Below are positions 15,001 to 27,500 of a DNA stretch of 64,000 bases, piece by piece. The notes below the pieces were generated by a model. It ran no database searches and was not told where the DNA came from. It saw only the letters and a program-made list of their open reading frames with translations. Position numbers and translations under genes: made by a program. The stretch covers positions 202,988,001 to 203,052,000 of the forward strand of contig NC_042997.1 of NCBI RefSeq assembly GCF_006345805.1, given 5' to 3'. Every line of letters starts with the position of its first letter. The stretch's first letter is position 1. The DNA is from Octopus sinensis (taxonomy: Eukaryota).

Positions 15001-17262
15001 ATGCCCTTAACCTTTTCCTCATAGTACACAAGAGATTTTATAAATGATCATGTACAAGATAAAAAAATATCAGTCGTTTGTCAGGCTTTCCAACTAAAAA
15101 TGTTTTGCAGTAAAACATACCTTTTCAGTTTTAAGTAAAAATATTTTTACTCTCTACCAGGCACCTGTTCTAAATCATTCACCGTTAGTTACTCTTGAGA
15201 AGCTTGACAAAAACAATGTCATTGGCCAGGCCTTCTGCTGTGTCTGACTCAATAAACTGAGCAGACTGCCTCTGGACTTCAGCATGTCTCTCCTCTCTTG
15301 GATTGAAAGTATCCTATTAGATCATACATTACAATGTGTGGTGATGGTGTTCTCTCCATCAACTAAGGTTCAGATGCATCCATCATATGATTCCTTATTA
15401 ATAACCTGCTTGCTGTCACGTCTAAGGATGCTCAGTCTTTTGCTGATGATATTACCATCCACTTTTCTCTATCCTTTTGAACATAGTCATCCACTATATG
15501 CAACCCCAACACCCCGCACTAAAACTTTCTCTATTTCCATAAAACAAAGACCTCCCAAATATTCTCCAGTGGTGACAGTAACAAAGATGCAATGACTGCT
15601 TATGTCAAGAAACAATCTTCTATCTCACCTTCTCCACTCTTGAACAATACACAATTGAAGTCAATAAATGCTAGACTTCACAGTCATTGATGCTTTCTCT
15701 ACATCTCCAAAACTAACCTGCTTCTGAGCAGTGGTTGACTCTCTCTCTCTTCTGCTCATCACCCCAACTCTATCTCATCCTTCAACTGTCACACTAACCA
15801 TTAAACCCAATTCTGCCTCTGCACAATCTTAACTCCCTAGAATTGCTTCCCTGTTTTTTTTGCTTTTGTTTTCATCTCTGATGTTGATTTACTATTCAAA
15901 CATCAACCATATCAGTTTTAGCTGCCTGGGTCATGGGCACTGTTCCTTCTCAGCTGAAGGGGTTGGGGACCTCACCAGAACATTTTGCTTAACAAAAATT
16001 TGTTTTGCTACTATTAAATTTTGGAGAATGATCTTTTTAAAATGAAACTAGACAAAGATAATGTTGAAATGAAGAGGTCTCTTGCTTCTAATACAGTGTA
16101 ATGTTATTATAGATGCAATGGCAGAGATTAAGAAGCTATTAATTATTCAGTTATTTGCTTCACACATGAGACCCAAGTCAGATCAGATCAACCTTATTTA
16201 TTTTATATATTACATTTTGTGAACAATGACACCATTAGTTTTAAAGGGTAGCCACTAGTTTCCTGAACTTGCAATGTGTGTTGGTGCGACTGAAAACAGA
16301 ACAAATACTACAGAGTATTTTAGTTTGATAGCACCAGATTATTGGTTTTTCTCAGTGATATTTATATCTTTCATTGATTTACATTAGCAAAAGATGCACA
16401 CACATACTCATTCAATAGACTTCCACAATGTGTCTGTCTGCCACGTTTTACTCAAGGCATTGGTCAACTCGAGGCTATGTTGAAATACATAAATGATGAC
16501 TTAACATCAATATCTTAGAAAGCAGTTAAAAAGGAAGGCCTGCATTACTAGTAGGATAGAAGCCATCATCATCATCATTTAACATCTGTACTCCATGTTG
16601 GCATGGGTTAGATGGCTCAACAGGAATCAGTGAGTTTAAGGACCGTGTCATGCTCCAATATCTGTTTTGACATAGTTTCTTTGGCTGAATGCCCCCCCCT
16701 TCCCAATACTAGCTAGTTTAAGAGTGTACTGGGCCCTTTTTTGTGTGGCACTGGCACTTGTGTGGTTACCATGTAACTCACAAAACCCCTCAACTGGATA
16801 GAACTACAGTAAAGAGAGAGTGTAGGGGAGGTTTTATGCTAGGTGTTGAGAGAATTAATTGTGAAAGAAGGGGCAGGAAGAGGTTTCTTGATGTAGAGGT
16901 GATACATGCCTGCCTCATCGTCGTGGATGGGAGTATTTGGGATGGAGCTGGAAACAAAGATAAAGATGCTGGTGGTGGTGGTGGCAAAAAGTACAATTAC
17001 CAAATCGATCAATCTTATTTATATGCTTTCACTGATACACAGATTTGATTAGTTCCACGGCTAGGATTGTGTGTCAAAGGAGAGGTTTTGATGAGTTAAA
17101 ATGATGACAGCATGTTAAGAAGAACAATATAACAAGGATTGGTGTACAGATGCATGTATATGTTTGTTGTCACTTATTTTATTGTAATATTTGTTTACAA
17201 ATAGATATGTCATTTCTGTTTTGTTTATTTTGACTTATTTTGTATTTTTTCTTCTTCTCTAG

Positions 17263-17354
17263 GGCCAATCTCCTTTTGGAAAAGCAATCTCATATAAAAA
17301 ACAAGAAAGATTAGGTGAAGGTTCATATGCAACAGTTTATAAAGGAGTCAGCTG
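17263..17354 (+). CDS. CDK14: CDK14-like exon (GQSPFGKAISYKKQERLGEGSYATVYKGVS)
   Basis: Gly-rich loop GEGSYATVYKG; ctctAG acceptor, GTAAGT donor. Confidence 0.97.
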
Positions 17355-18685
17355 GTAAGTCAGAGTTGTTTGCTATATGTTATAGAATGTCCTTATATGG
17401 CCAAAACATTGCCCTACATATAAGTGAAGCAGTAATCCAGTCCATAGAAACCAGACCAAATTCAGACTGGAACCTGGTGTAGCTCTCTGGCTTACCAGTT
17501 CCAGTCAAACCATCTAACCCATGCCAGCATGGAAAGCAGATGTTAAATCATGCTGACGATAATGTAGGTGTGTTGCACTGATTTTAATCCAAGAAGAACA
17601 TCAGAAAATAATGTTAGTCAATAAGGAGAAAAGTTTTTCAGTATCTCTTTCAAGACACAACAGGATGTATTGAAACTTCCAGTATCTATTGGCAGAAGAG
17701 TCCACATCCTAATACCATAGTTTTATATCTATATCATTTCCTATAGTTATTTACCACTTTTATATTGGTTAAAGACTGAAATGGCTATTAGAAAGTAATT
17801 GAAGGATGTTTGTGAAGAAAGGAGGATGTTTTTGTGATATTTTTGTCGAGCCAGTTGGATATTGTTCCAGCTGTGATCATGCTGTCTTATTTTCATATAT
17901 AATGTATCTAAGATTATATTATTTTATTAGTTTAAGCAGCTGCAAAGGGGCTCCTTTATTTTAATAATATATACATTCCTTTGTTGGTAGCTACTCTACA
18001 TTATGTTATTGCACATATACACTTCTAAAAGGATTCTTAGCAATAACTCAAGTAGAATTTTGTTATTTTTGAACATGTGTGTGGATGAAGGTTATGGTTA
18101 GGAGTTTAATTAGTTTTGTGTGTGCCTGTTTCTTAACCCTTTTATGATCATTTTTCTGCTGAAATAAACTTAATCTGTTTTGATTAATTTTGAAAACAAG
18201 GAAGTTATTAAAATAACTTTGTCATTAGTCAGCTGGTGTTTGAATCACAGATCAACATGAAATTTTAATGGAAGATTTTGATTTAAATGACTTTAAAATA
18301 GAGTTTGTATCACAGAACCAGGAACCTAGGTGGGTTAGTATCAAAAGTATTGAACCCAAGAAATTCTACAGTTAATAAACTAATATTGTCTTTTATACAA
18401 ACAACTATTTGTTATGGAGAGAAAGCGAAGAAGCCAGCAATTTTAAAATTTAGCGTTTTTTCTTCATCTTGTTCTTGAGAATTTGATACCATAGTGGAGT
18501 TTTTATTTCCCAATAAGCACAGGCATGACTCTGTAGTTGAGAAGCTTACTTTCCAACCATGTCATCTTTGGTTCAGTCCCACTGCATGGCACCGTGGGCA
18601 AGTGTCTTCTGCTATAGTTCTGGGCTGATCAAAGGCTTGTGAGTGGATTTGGTAGGCAGAAACTGAAAGCAGCCTATCATCTGTG

Positions 18686-18723
<38 letters not shown>

Positions 18724-20228
18724 TTAGAAAGAGAGAAAGTGAAACATAAGCTTCTGCAGGATTTCCATTTACTGAAGTTCACTCAAGGTATTGGTCACCA
18801 TAAGGTTAAGTATGATAGCAGGCAATACACCCAAGGTGTCACAAAATAAAATCAAGCTGAGACCCATTTGGTCGCATGGCACACTTCCACCTATATACAC
18901 ATTATTGAATACTAATATAATATTATGGTAATATTTGTGCTATTGTTGCTTGTTCTAAAGTTTCTAATAACTTAACAATCATTATTGTTAGTGTTTATAA
19001 AGTCTATTCTGCTTATTCTAAACTTATTAACTGCATAACAGCTGTTATTGCTGGCATATTTCCAGTTCTGTTGTTCAGTAGTTTAAGTATTTTGTTCATT
19101 TAATGTCAACTTTTTTATGCTAGCTTAGGTTGGGCATGGGTGTATTTGAAGAAGGATTTTTATGGTTGGATGCCCTTCCTGCTGTCAAGTAAGGAATCTT
19201 TTTATGCCACAGGTCTTCAAAAGTTTAAGTCATAATGACAAAAAGAAATGCCAACATCAAATCAGTTTTGCTCCAGTGAAGCTGTGGAATTCATCAACAT
19301 TCACACATATTTACATGTGATCTCATGCACACACACAAACACATACAACGGGCTAAAAGTTTCCATCTACCAAATTCACTGACAAGGTTTTGGCAGGCCC
19401 AGGACTACAGAAGACACTTGCTCAGGGTATCACACAAAGGGATTGAACCTGAAGCCATTTCCTTGTGAAGTGAAATTCTTAACAACATAGCCATTGCCGT
19501 GTTTATATTTGTTAGTATTAGGACAATGTTAATGAAGTGTTTGTTCTATTAGTAATCAGTAATATCCTAAATAGATTATCATGAATGTCATTTTAATTAG
19601 ATATTTGTCACTAATTATAACAGTATATATATCTTTGTTATAATAGAGAGTTATTAATTCATTGCAAGTGTTATTTGATGTTGCTCTTATTTGTGTAGAT
19701 TCCAACCAATGTTTGGATTTATGTCTTATCTATTTGTTGCAGAGTATTTCTTACAAAATGTTTAGGAAAAGACACCAGCCACAGAACCTGTTCTGTATTG
19801 AATCCAACTGTACAGCCCTTTGGGCATGTGCCTTCTATGTAAAGGCTTAGGAAGGCCCAAGCCTTATGATTGGGTTGACAGAAACTGCATGGAAACTTGT
19901 TGGTTGTCCTTTATATTGCTTTTGGTTGGTAAATTTAGTCATTGCCCAGTTTAATGGTTCTTGCTACACAAATTAAATTTCTTGATATCTAAGACCCTTC
20001 TGCTAATTCCAGAAGTTCTGCAAAAATGTCAAACCCATTTCCCTTCTGTTCTAACTATACCATATATTAAAAAAAAAAGTCAAATTGGTGCAGGCATGGC
20101 TGTATGGAACCACATAGTTTCTGGTTCAATCCCACTGCACAGCACCTTAGGCAAGTGCCTTCTGTTAAAGTTTCAGGCCAACCAATGCCTTGAGAGTCAA
20201 TTTGGTAGATGGAAACTGTGAAGAAATT

Positions 20229-20268
<40 letters not shown>

Positions 20269-22015
20269 ACATACTCTTACACACATGTGCATACGCATGT
20301 GTGTGTTTTTGTGCTTGCATTGCATTTGTCTCCCACCACTGCTTAACAACTGGTGTTTATATTCCTGTGACTTAGCAGTTTGGCAAAGGAGGCCAATAGA
20401 ACAAGTACCAGAATAAAAAAATAAGTCTTGGAGTCAATTTATTTGACCAAGCTCTTAAAGGCAATGCCCCAGCATGGCCACAGTCCAATGACTGAAGCAA
20501 ACTGTAAAAGGAAACGGTGATAGTTATGAAATCGTCAGAAGAGCTTCTTTACCCATGAGAAATAAGTTTCTCTGTAAAATTGAAAGTACATTTGTGCATG
20601 CAGAGTCTAGGAACATGTGGTCAAGAATAGCTGGTCAGTGTGGAGATGAGGGATGCTACCTATTAGTGAATAAAACATTGTAATATGAGTAGGCAACTAG
20701 TATCACCTTTCAAGCAGTAAATACTACTGTTCATCCGACTGCTTTAATTCACTATGAAACATGGTTTTTAATGTTAATGAATTGTTTTTGTAACAAATAT
20801 AAACAATTAGTAAAGTTCATTGCTTTGTCTTATATTTATTACTGTTCTTGTAGATTTTTTCAGTTTGTGTAATTAATCCAAATGAATTTAAAATTGCTTA
20901 AAAATTATGATTAAAGAAAATATGCTGATTGATAGCTAATCCCCAAGAGGATATGGTTGTGTTGTTATATTTAGCATATCCTTTGTGAAATCCATATTAT
21001 GCAAGTAAAGAGGATCAACAGTCATTTATAATTCAAAATAACACAACTGCTGACCATCAGTGTTAATCCTCTAAACACATTGTGTAGTTCAATACAAGGC
21101 TTTTTTGGTTTGTTTTGAAATGTCAATCTTGCTGATAAAGTGAATGTTAAAATTGTGTATTTGTAGGTTTCCTTGCTTTTTTGTTTGTTTGGGGGGGGGG
21201 GTCTGGTTTCTCGTTAATGGAAGCGAAATTTGTTTTTTTTAGACTAGAAGCAGTGCTCTTTCATTGGAATATAGACATCAACAGGGTAGTCATATAGATA
21301 TGTATGTATGTGTGTATTTATGTATGCATGCACATGTATGTACACATGTATACATACATATACATGTATGTGTGTATACACGCTCATTGATGTTATAGCA
21401 AATATGAATTTTATTTTATCTTAAACTTCTGAATGTTTCAACCCTTTAGCATTCAAATTGGCCATATCAATCCCAAGTATTTTACCTATTTTGTGTTCAA
21501 ACTGACCCAATAAGGTGTCATACACCTACCCTGCATTGCCATTCTAAAAATAAACAAACACATCAAGATCTCGATGTTACAAGATAATGTATGATTAATT
21601 CAAAATATTGTGAATAAATAAGCATTACATTTGACAGATAATATGAATTCTAAATGGTTAAATATCTTAACTGTGCCTCTGATAGCATGTAACAGTTATA
21701 TTTTAATTAGAAATATTCTTCTTGGTTTTGTGAAGCCCAGATTCTCAACATGGCTACTGAAGTTATTAGTCACATAACTAAGTGCTCTAATAATTATTAG
21801 TAAAAATCTAAACCTATAGCCTGGATGAAGGTAACTATAGAGATCTCATTGTCTGTCTGTCAGTCTTTCTTTAGCCATCTCCTTTTTCAGTAATTGTACT
21901 CATATTGCTCATGTTCTATTTTTTTATATTTTAGTTTATCTAAATATTCTTCTTCTGGAATCTTCCCTTCAGTACATTTTGACTTTGATGGTTATTAACT
22001 TTCATGTGATTTCAG

Positions 22016-22095
22016 TTTAACAAATCAAGTGGTAGCTCTTAAAGAAATCCGGTTGCAACAAGAAGAAGGAACTCCTTTTACAGCCATTCGAGAAG
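22016..22095 (+). CDS. CDK14: CDK14-like exon (LTNQVVALKEIRLQQEEGTPFTAIRE)
   Basis: VALKEI catalytic lysine and the diagnostic PFTAIRE helix; ttcAG acceptor, GTAAGT donor. Confidence 0.98.
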
Positions 22096-22473
22096 GTAAG
22101 TTGGATATTGATGGCTTAGTGTTACTGATGTCTATATAAAGAATATGACACCAAGGTAGAAATATATAGACTTTGTGTGTGAATACTAAATTTTTCTTAT
22201 CAACTGATATTGTGAATGTGAAATAATTTGATACATTTAAAGGTTGGAGAAATTTTTTTTATATATTTGATTATTCTATCTAAAAGTTTTTTTTTTAAAG
22301 CTAACAATACATTGTGAAATTTATTCAGTGTCTAAGCTGGTCTAAGATCTGTTGTTAAAATTTGGTTTGAAGTATTCTTCTCTGTTGTTAAGCAATGTAG
22401 TTTTTCATATTTGAGATGAAGTGTCAGCTTGATTAAACCTTAATTTATTTGTTTTATATTTTTCTCTCTCCAG

Positions 22474-22568
22474 CTTCATTATTAAAGGTCCTTAAACATG
22501 CAAACATTGTCACATTGCATGATATAATCCGTACAGATGAAACATTAACATTTGTTTTTGAATATGTT
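22474..22568 (+). CDS. CDK14: CDK14-like exon ([32 protein letters not shown])
   Basis: [12 protein letters not shown] and hinge FEY; ccAG acceptor, GTGAGT donor. Confidence 0.98.
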
Positions 22569-22776
22569 GTGAGTATTTAGTCAATATTTGTTCACTCTTT
22601 TTTGTTTTTACAATTATTTCATTTTTTGGTGAGAGGGATTATTTCCTGCTATCGTAATAAACTAAATATCATCTTTTTGTTATTCTTTTTCCAATTTTTC
22701 AATTTCTTACTATTTAGCAATACCCTCAAAACAGTGAGCATTATTATTAGACTGTTTCTCTTAACAGTTTGATACC

Positions 22777-23007
22777 TATTTCTTTATTACCCACAAGGGG
22801 TTAAACATAGAGGGGACAAACAAAGATAGACATAGGTATTAAGTCGATTACATTGACCCCAGTGCGTAACTAGTACTTAAGTTAGCGACCCCGAAAGGAT
22901 TAAAGGCAAAGTTGACCTCGACAGAATTTGAACTCACAACGTAATGGCAGACGAAATACCGCTAAGCATTTCGCCCGGCGTGCTAATGTTTCTGCCAGCT
23001 CGCCACC
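22777..23007 (-). mobile_element. tRNA-derived SINE, family B, with 16-bp target-site duplication
   Basis: Head GGTGGCGAGCTGGCAGAA, B-box-like GAGTTCAAATTC, and TTAACAGTTTGATACC repeated at 22761-22776 and 23008-23023. Confidence 0.9.
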
Positions 23008-23725
23008 TTAACAGTTTGATACCAACCTGGCTGAGACTGCCCCTGGGTCTATGAAGCAAACTTCTTGTTTCAAAGAGATCTGAATTAAAACCTACCATCA
23101 AAATGGTTTTTAATCTATGATCCAAATATCAGCTTAACAAGGACAGTTACTTTACTAAATTCTTCAATATTTTAAAAATTAACTGAAATAAAAGTAGTGG
23201 ATTTCACGAAAAATATGACAAAAGGGTTAATCCACAATATAAACGTGTGTATGTATTATTCCTGTTGGTTACTGGACTAATATATGCATACAAGCATACA
23301 TACACACACGTGTACATACATTTAAACATGCATTCATATGTTCATATTTATGCTGGCAACAGCAGAATTTTAACGACTGTTTTTTGATAGTGGCTTTTAT
23401 TGGACAGTTCCGCTGGCTAGCATAACCCTTTGTGTAATTTGGAGTGCTTAATTTTTGAGTTAAAGTGTTGGTGTTAAGAATTACTACCAAGTTTTAGATG
23501 ATCAAAAATTATAAAGAAGACACTTTTAAATGACTCTTCTGATTGATATGTAAAATTCTATGGTAACCGTTTATAACAACATAAAATCTTTCAAAATGTC
23601 ATCTAATTTTTATGACCCACATTAAAAATGTCATGTATTTGACAATCATATTTTTGTGTTTTGGTTTCTCTAAGAAAGTTTCCATTTTATGAAAGCTGCT
23701 ATCCATTTTTTCATCCCAATTTCAG

Positions 23726-23788
23726 CATACAGATTTGAGTCAGTATTTAGAAAAACACACCGGTGGATTAAATGCATTTAATGTTAAG
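23726..23788 (+). CDS. CDK14: CDK14-like exon (HTDLSQYLEKHTGGLNAFNVK)
   Basis: HTDL.QY..KH.GGL motif typical of CDK14; ttcAG acceptor, GTAAAA donor; 63 nt, phase 0/0. Confidence 0.96.
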
Positions 23789-24448
23789 GTAAAACTCTTT
23801 CTTGTAATTTATCCATAATGTTTTGTTTTCTTTTGTTTTTGATTTTGTATTTCTGAATTTGACATATTCTGAATGCTTAAATGTCTTATAGAAATATTTT
23901 TTAGAGCATCATAGATGTGTAGGTACAGAGTTCAGTTTTTAATTAAATGGTTTTGAGTTCTGTCTCACTTCTACTGTAGCTTCAAGCTGATCAATACCAT
24001 GTGAATAGAATTATTGGGTGGAAAATGTATAACACATCATTTAAGTGTGTGTATGTATATATATATCCAAATGTGGCTGATGGCAGTACACCCTAACTGG
24101 CCCCCGTGCTGGTGGCACGTAAAAAGCACCCACTACACTCTTGGAGTGGTTGGCATTAGGAAGGGCATCCAGCAGTAGAAATATATTTCCAGATCAGATT
24201 GGAGCCTGGTGCAGCCTTCTGGCTCGCCAGACCTCAGTCAAACAGTCCCACCCATGCCAGCATGAAAAACAGATGTTAAACGATGATGAGGATGATATAT
24301 AGCAAATAAGTAACAAGGATGTCAAGATATTGACATTCTTGTTAGTTATTTGCTTTTTATTCACCCTACTTTGAGCTGTGCAGATAATACCAGACTAACT
24401 TGGTGCTTCAACTTAAGTACCTAATTCAACTGAATCTTAATTATTTCT

Positions 24449-24480
<32 letters not shown>

Positions 24481-24584
24481 CTTTATTTAAAGCAGCAGAA
24501 AATTCAACAAAACCTGTTACTCTAACGGCAACGGGAAACTCAGAGTAACAGGTTTTGTTGAATTTTCTGCTGCTTTAAATAAAG
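24481..24584. repeat. Perfect 43-bp inverted repeat with 18-nt loop, Penelope-like remnant within (TA)n
   Basis: 24481-24523 is the exact reverse complement of 24542-24584; TA runs at 24452-24480 and about 24656-24668. Confidence 0.92.
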
Positions 24585-27500
24585 CATATTACTCTACCAC
24601 TGGTATTTGAGTACTCTTTTTTCCACCTTGTTTCACATTTATGTGTTTACTCCAGTATATATATATAATGTTGCATGTGTGTATCTGAATATTTACATGC
24701 TGTATCTTTAAAAGCATTTGAACAACAGAAAACAGTGATTTTATATTGATATTTCCTACCAATAAATCATCTTCTATCTCTGCACTTTTGATAACGAGTG
24801 AAATGAAAATTTCCTTGCTTGAAAAACATCCAATGGTTAGTGATAAGAAAGGCTATTGCTGTAAAATAATGCCTCTTTGTATTCACCCAATTCATGGTAG
24901 CATGGAAAAACAGATGTAAACAAATGTAAGACAAATGAATAAGAGATAATCTTTCTTATTAAAAGTCCTTCAGGTAGTTGTGAAAGGATTGATGGAAGCA
25001 TAGCTGCAACATGAACACTTTTCTCTTGATCCCACCCCTCTCTGTCCATTAAGGAGGACATCTTACCATCACTGACTGATTTATATTCAATTGACTTCTG
25101 AGCAGTTGGAATGAATAGGGTCTTTATTTGGGATTATTCCAGAACATGGTCACACACACGCACTCTCTCACTCCCTCCCTCTTTATGGTGGGACAACAGC
25201 GAGAAATGTACATGATTGCATTAATTGTGTAGAATTGTGGAACTTTGGTATGGAATTCATACTGGTGACATATGAACTTTTATGTGAACCAGTGAGGTAG
25301 TTGGTACATAGTTACTTGACTGGCTAGAAATAGGGGTTAAATTATCTCCAGTTACATCTGTATAAAGAGAGAGGAAGAACACACTGAACATGTGGTCTCA
25401 GATATACAAAAAGATGGAATGGTCATGGCAGGAACAGCTTCAATCATAAATTTACTTGATCAGGTTTAACCTGGGACTAAACAACAATAAATTTGATGGA
25501 TGACAGAGGTAATTGATACATACTGAGATGATCAAGCAATGACATTTCATTTATTTGTATGTGTTTTGTGGTTTGTCAAAGGAGAAGCAAAGCCAAATAA
25601 ATTGCAATTTGTGGTCATATTAAACTGTAAGACAAGGATAACTGTGTGAGGTTGATTGTGGTCAATATTGAGTTTGAACTTGTGAACATTGGTGGTAGAG
25701 GTGTCCATGATATGTGGTGTAGTTTGATGGAGTTGTTCTGTTTCTGAAATGTTAAATGCAATCTCTTTGACTGAACAGATATCTTGTATTATAGCAGGCA
25801 TGGCTGCATGCTTAAATAGCTTGCTACCCAACTACATGGTTTTGAGTTCAGGCCAACTGCTTAGCACTTTGGGCAAGTGTCTTCTTTTATAGCCTTGGGC
25901 TGACCAAACCCTAGTAAATGGATTTGGTTCACAGAAAGCGAAAGAGGCTCATTTTATGGGTGTATGTGTGAGCATGTATATGTGTGTGTGTGTGAAAGTG
26001 TATATTTGTCTCCTCATGTCATCACATGACAGTCGTAAATGAGTGTCACTGTCATACAAGCAGTATCATTCATTTCCAGTATTCTGCAAAAACATGCCTA
26101 GCCATGGGAGAATATTGCCTTGTTTGGAAACAGGTGAGAGTTAGTAACAGGAAAGGCATCTGACCGTAGAAAATCTCCCTACTCCATCCAGTCTTTGCAA
26201 TCAGGGGAAAGTGGATTTTAAAATGAGGATCATCATCATAGCCTGATGCCAGCCAAAGCCTAGTTTAGTTAACAGAAACTCTGTGTACACACATACATTC
26301 TCTCTCTTTCTCCATGCAACCATAGGAAAAGACATAAAATGATTGCAAGAATAATCAGTGAAGGCTTTAGTTCCATCCCTCTATATTCCTATCATCTCCG
26401 ACTTTTTCCCTTTGAGTCAAAGTACTGGGTTCGATGTATTCAACAGAAAGATGGTGTCCCTTCATGGTTATAGTCTGATGATTGAAACCATAAAAAAATT
26501 TTATGTTTTTAACCTATATCTAATTTTTTTTTTTTTTGTTAATGAACTATAAACTATAGTATACAAATAAGTTTTGTTATCCATTTAGCAATGACCTTTA
26601 AAGGAAGAAAAATAAAGCAATTTCACAAGAAGCTTCTCAAGCTTCTAGTAAATATGTAAGGTTTCACTAAATATCTGAGAGTTGGCAGGGATAGCAATTC
26701 TGCTGATCCAGTCAGATTTTATTTAAAAACAAAATCAATGCATCTCCATCAGTTTCCTTCATCAGACACAGTATCTCAGTTCCACTACCATCCTCTGTAA
26801 TTCTAGTCAACAGAGAATTCGTAGTGTTTATCTTCCATTAGATCTGATCACATAATTCTGACCTCATTATTTCAGATTTTAGTTACAAATCTAAAGTTTC
26901 ACCTATTAACTTATTTTCTAAGATTGCATTAAACTGGTTTTCTATTTCTATTGGAAATTGTGGTGCTTAATGCTGAGAAGTCTGGTGATCAATTTAAGAC
27001 ATCTCCTATTTCACAGGATATTTGGTGCAAGATATGCCAGTCAGTCATAGAAATATTTCTTCTCAAAACTTAGCTTTCTAAACTGTTGATAGTTTGTCGA
27101 CTTCCTTAACATTAATGTAAATAACAGTGAAAATATTAGTAGAAGGTTTCATTTCAAAATAATTATGGATTTGTTAAATGTCTTGATCTGAGACTGTGAT
27201 GAAACTGAAGCAACAACATCATAAAAGAGCCACTTAATAGCACACAATTGTGACCAGGTCAGTGACACAGTTCAATATAGAACTATGAAATAAAGTTAGA
27301 TTTCTAATGAATTTAACAGTTTTGTGTGTTATTAAATGGTTCTTCCATGACGTAGTTGCTTTTAAAAATAAGATATTGTTATATCCTCATCACCATCACT
27401 ATCATGTTTGCTTTCCATGCTGGTATGAGTTTAATGGGTTGCTGTAGTCCAAGTCTGTTCACTATTCAGGATTACTACCCTCATAACAGGTTGTCTCATT

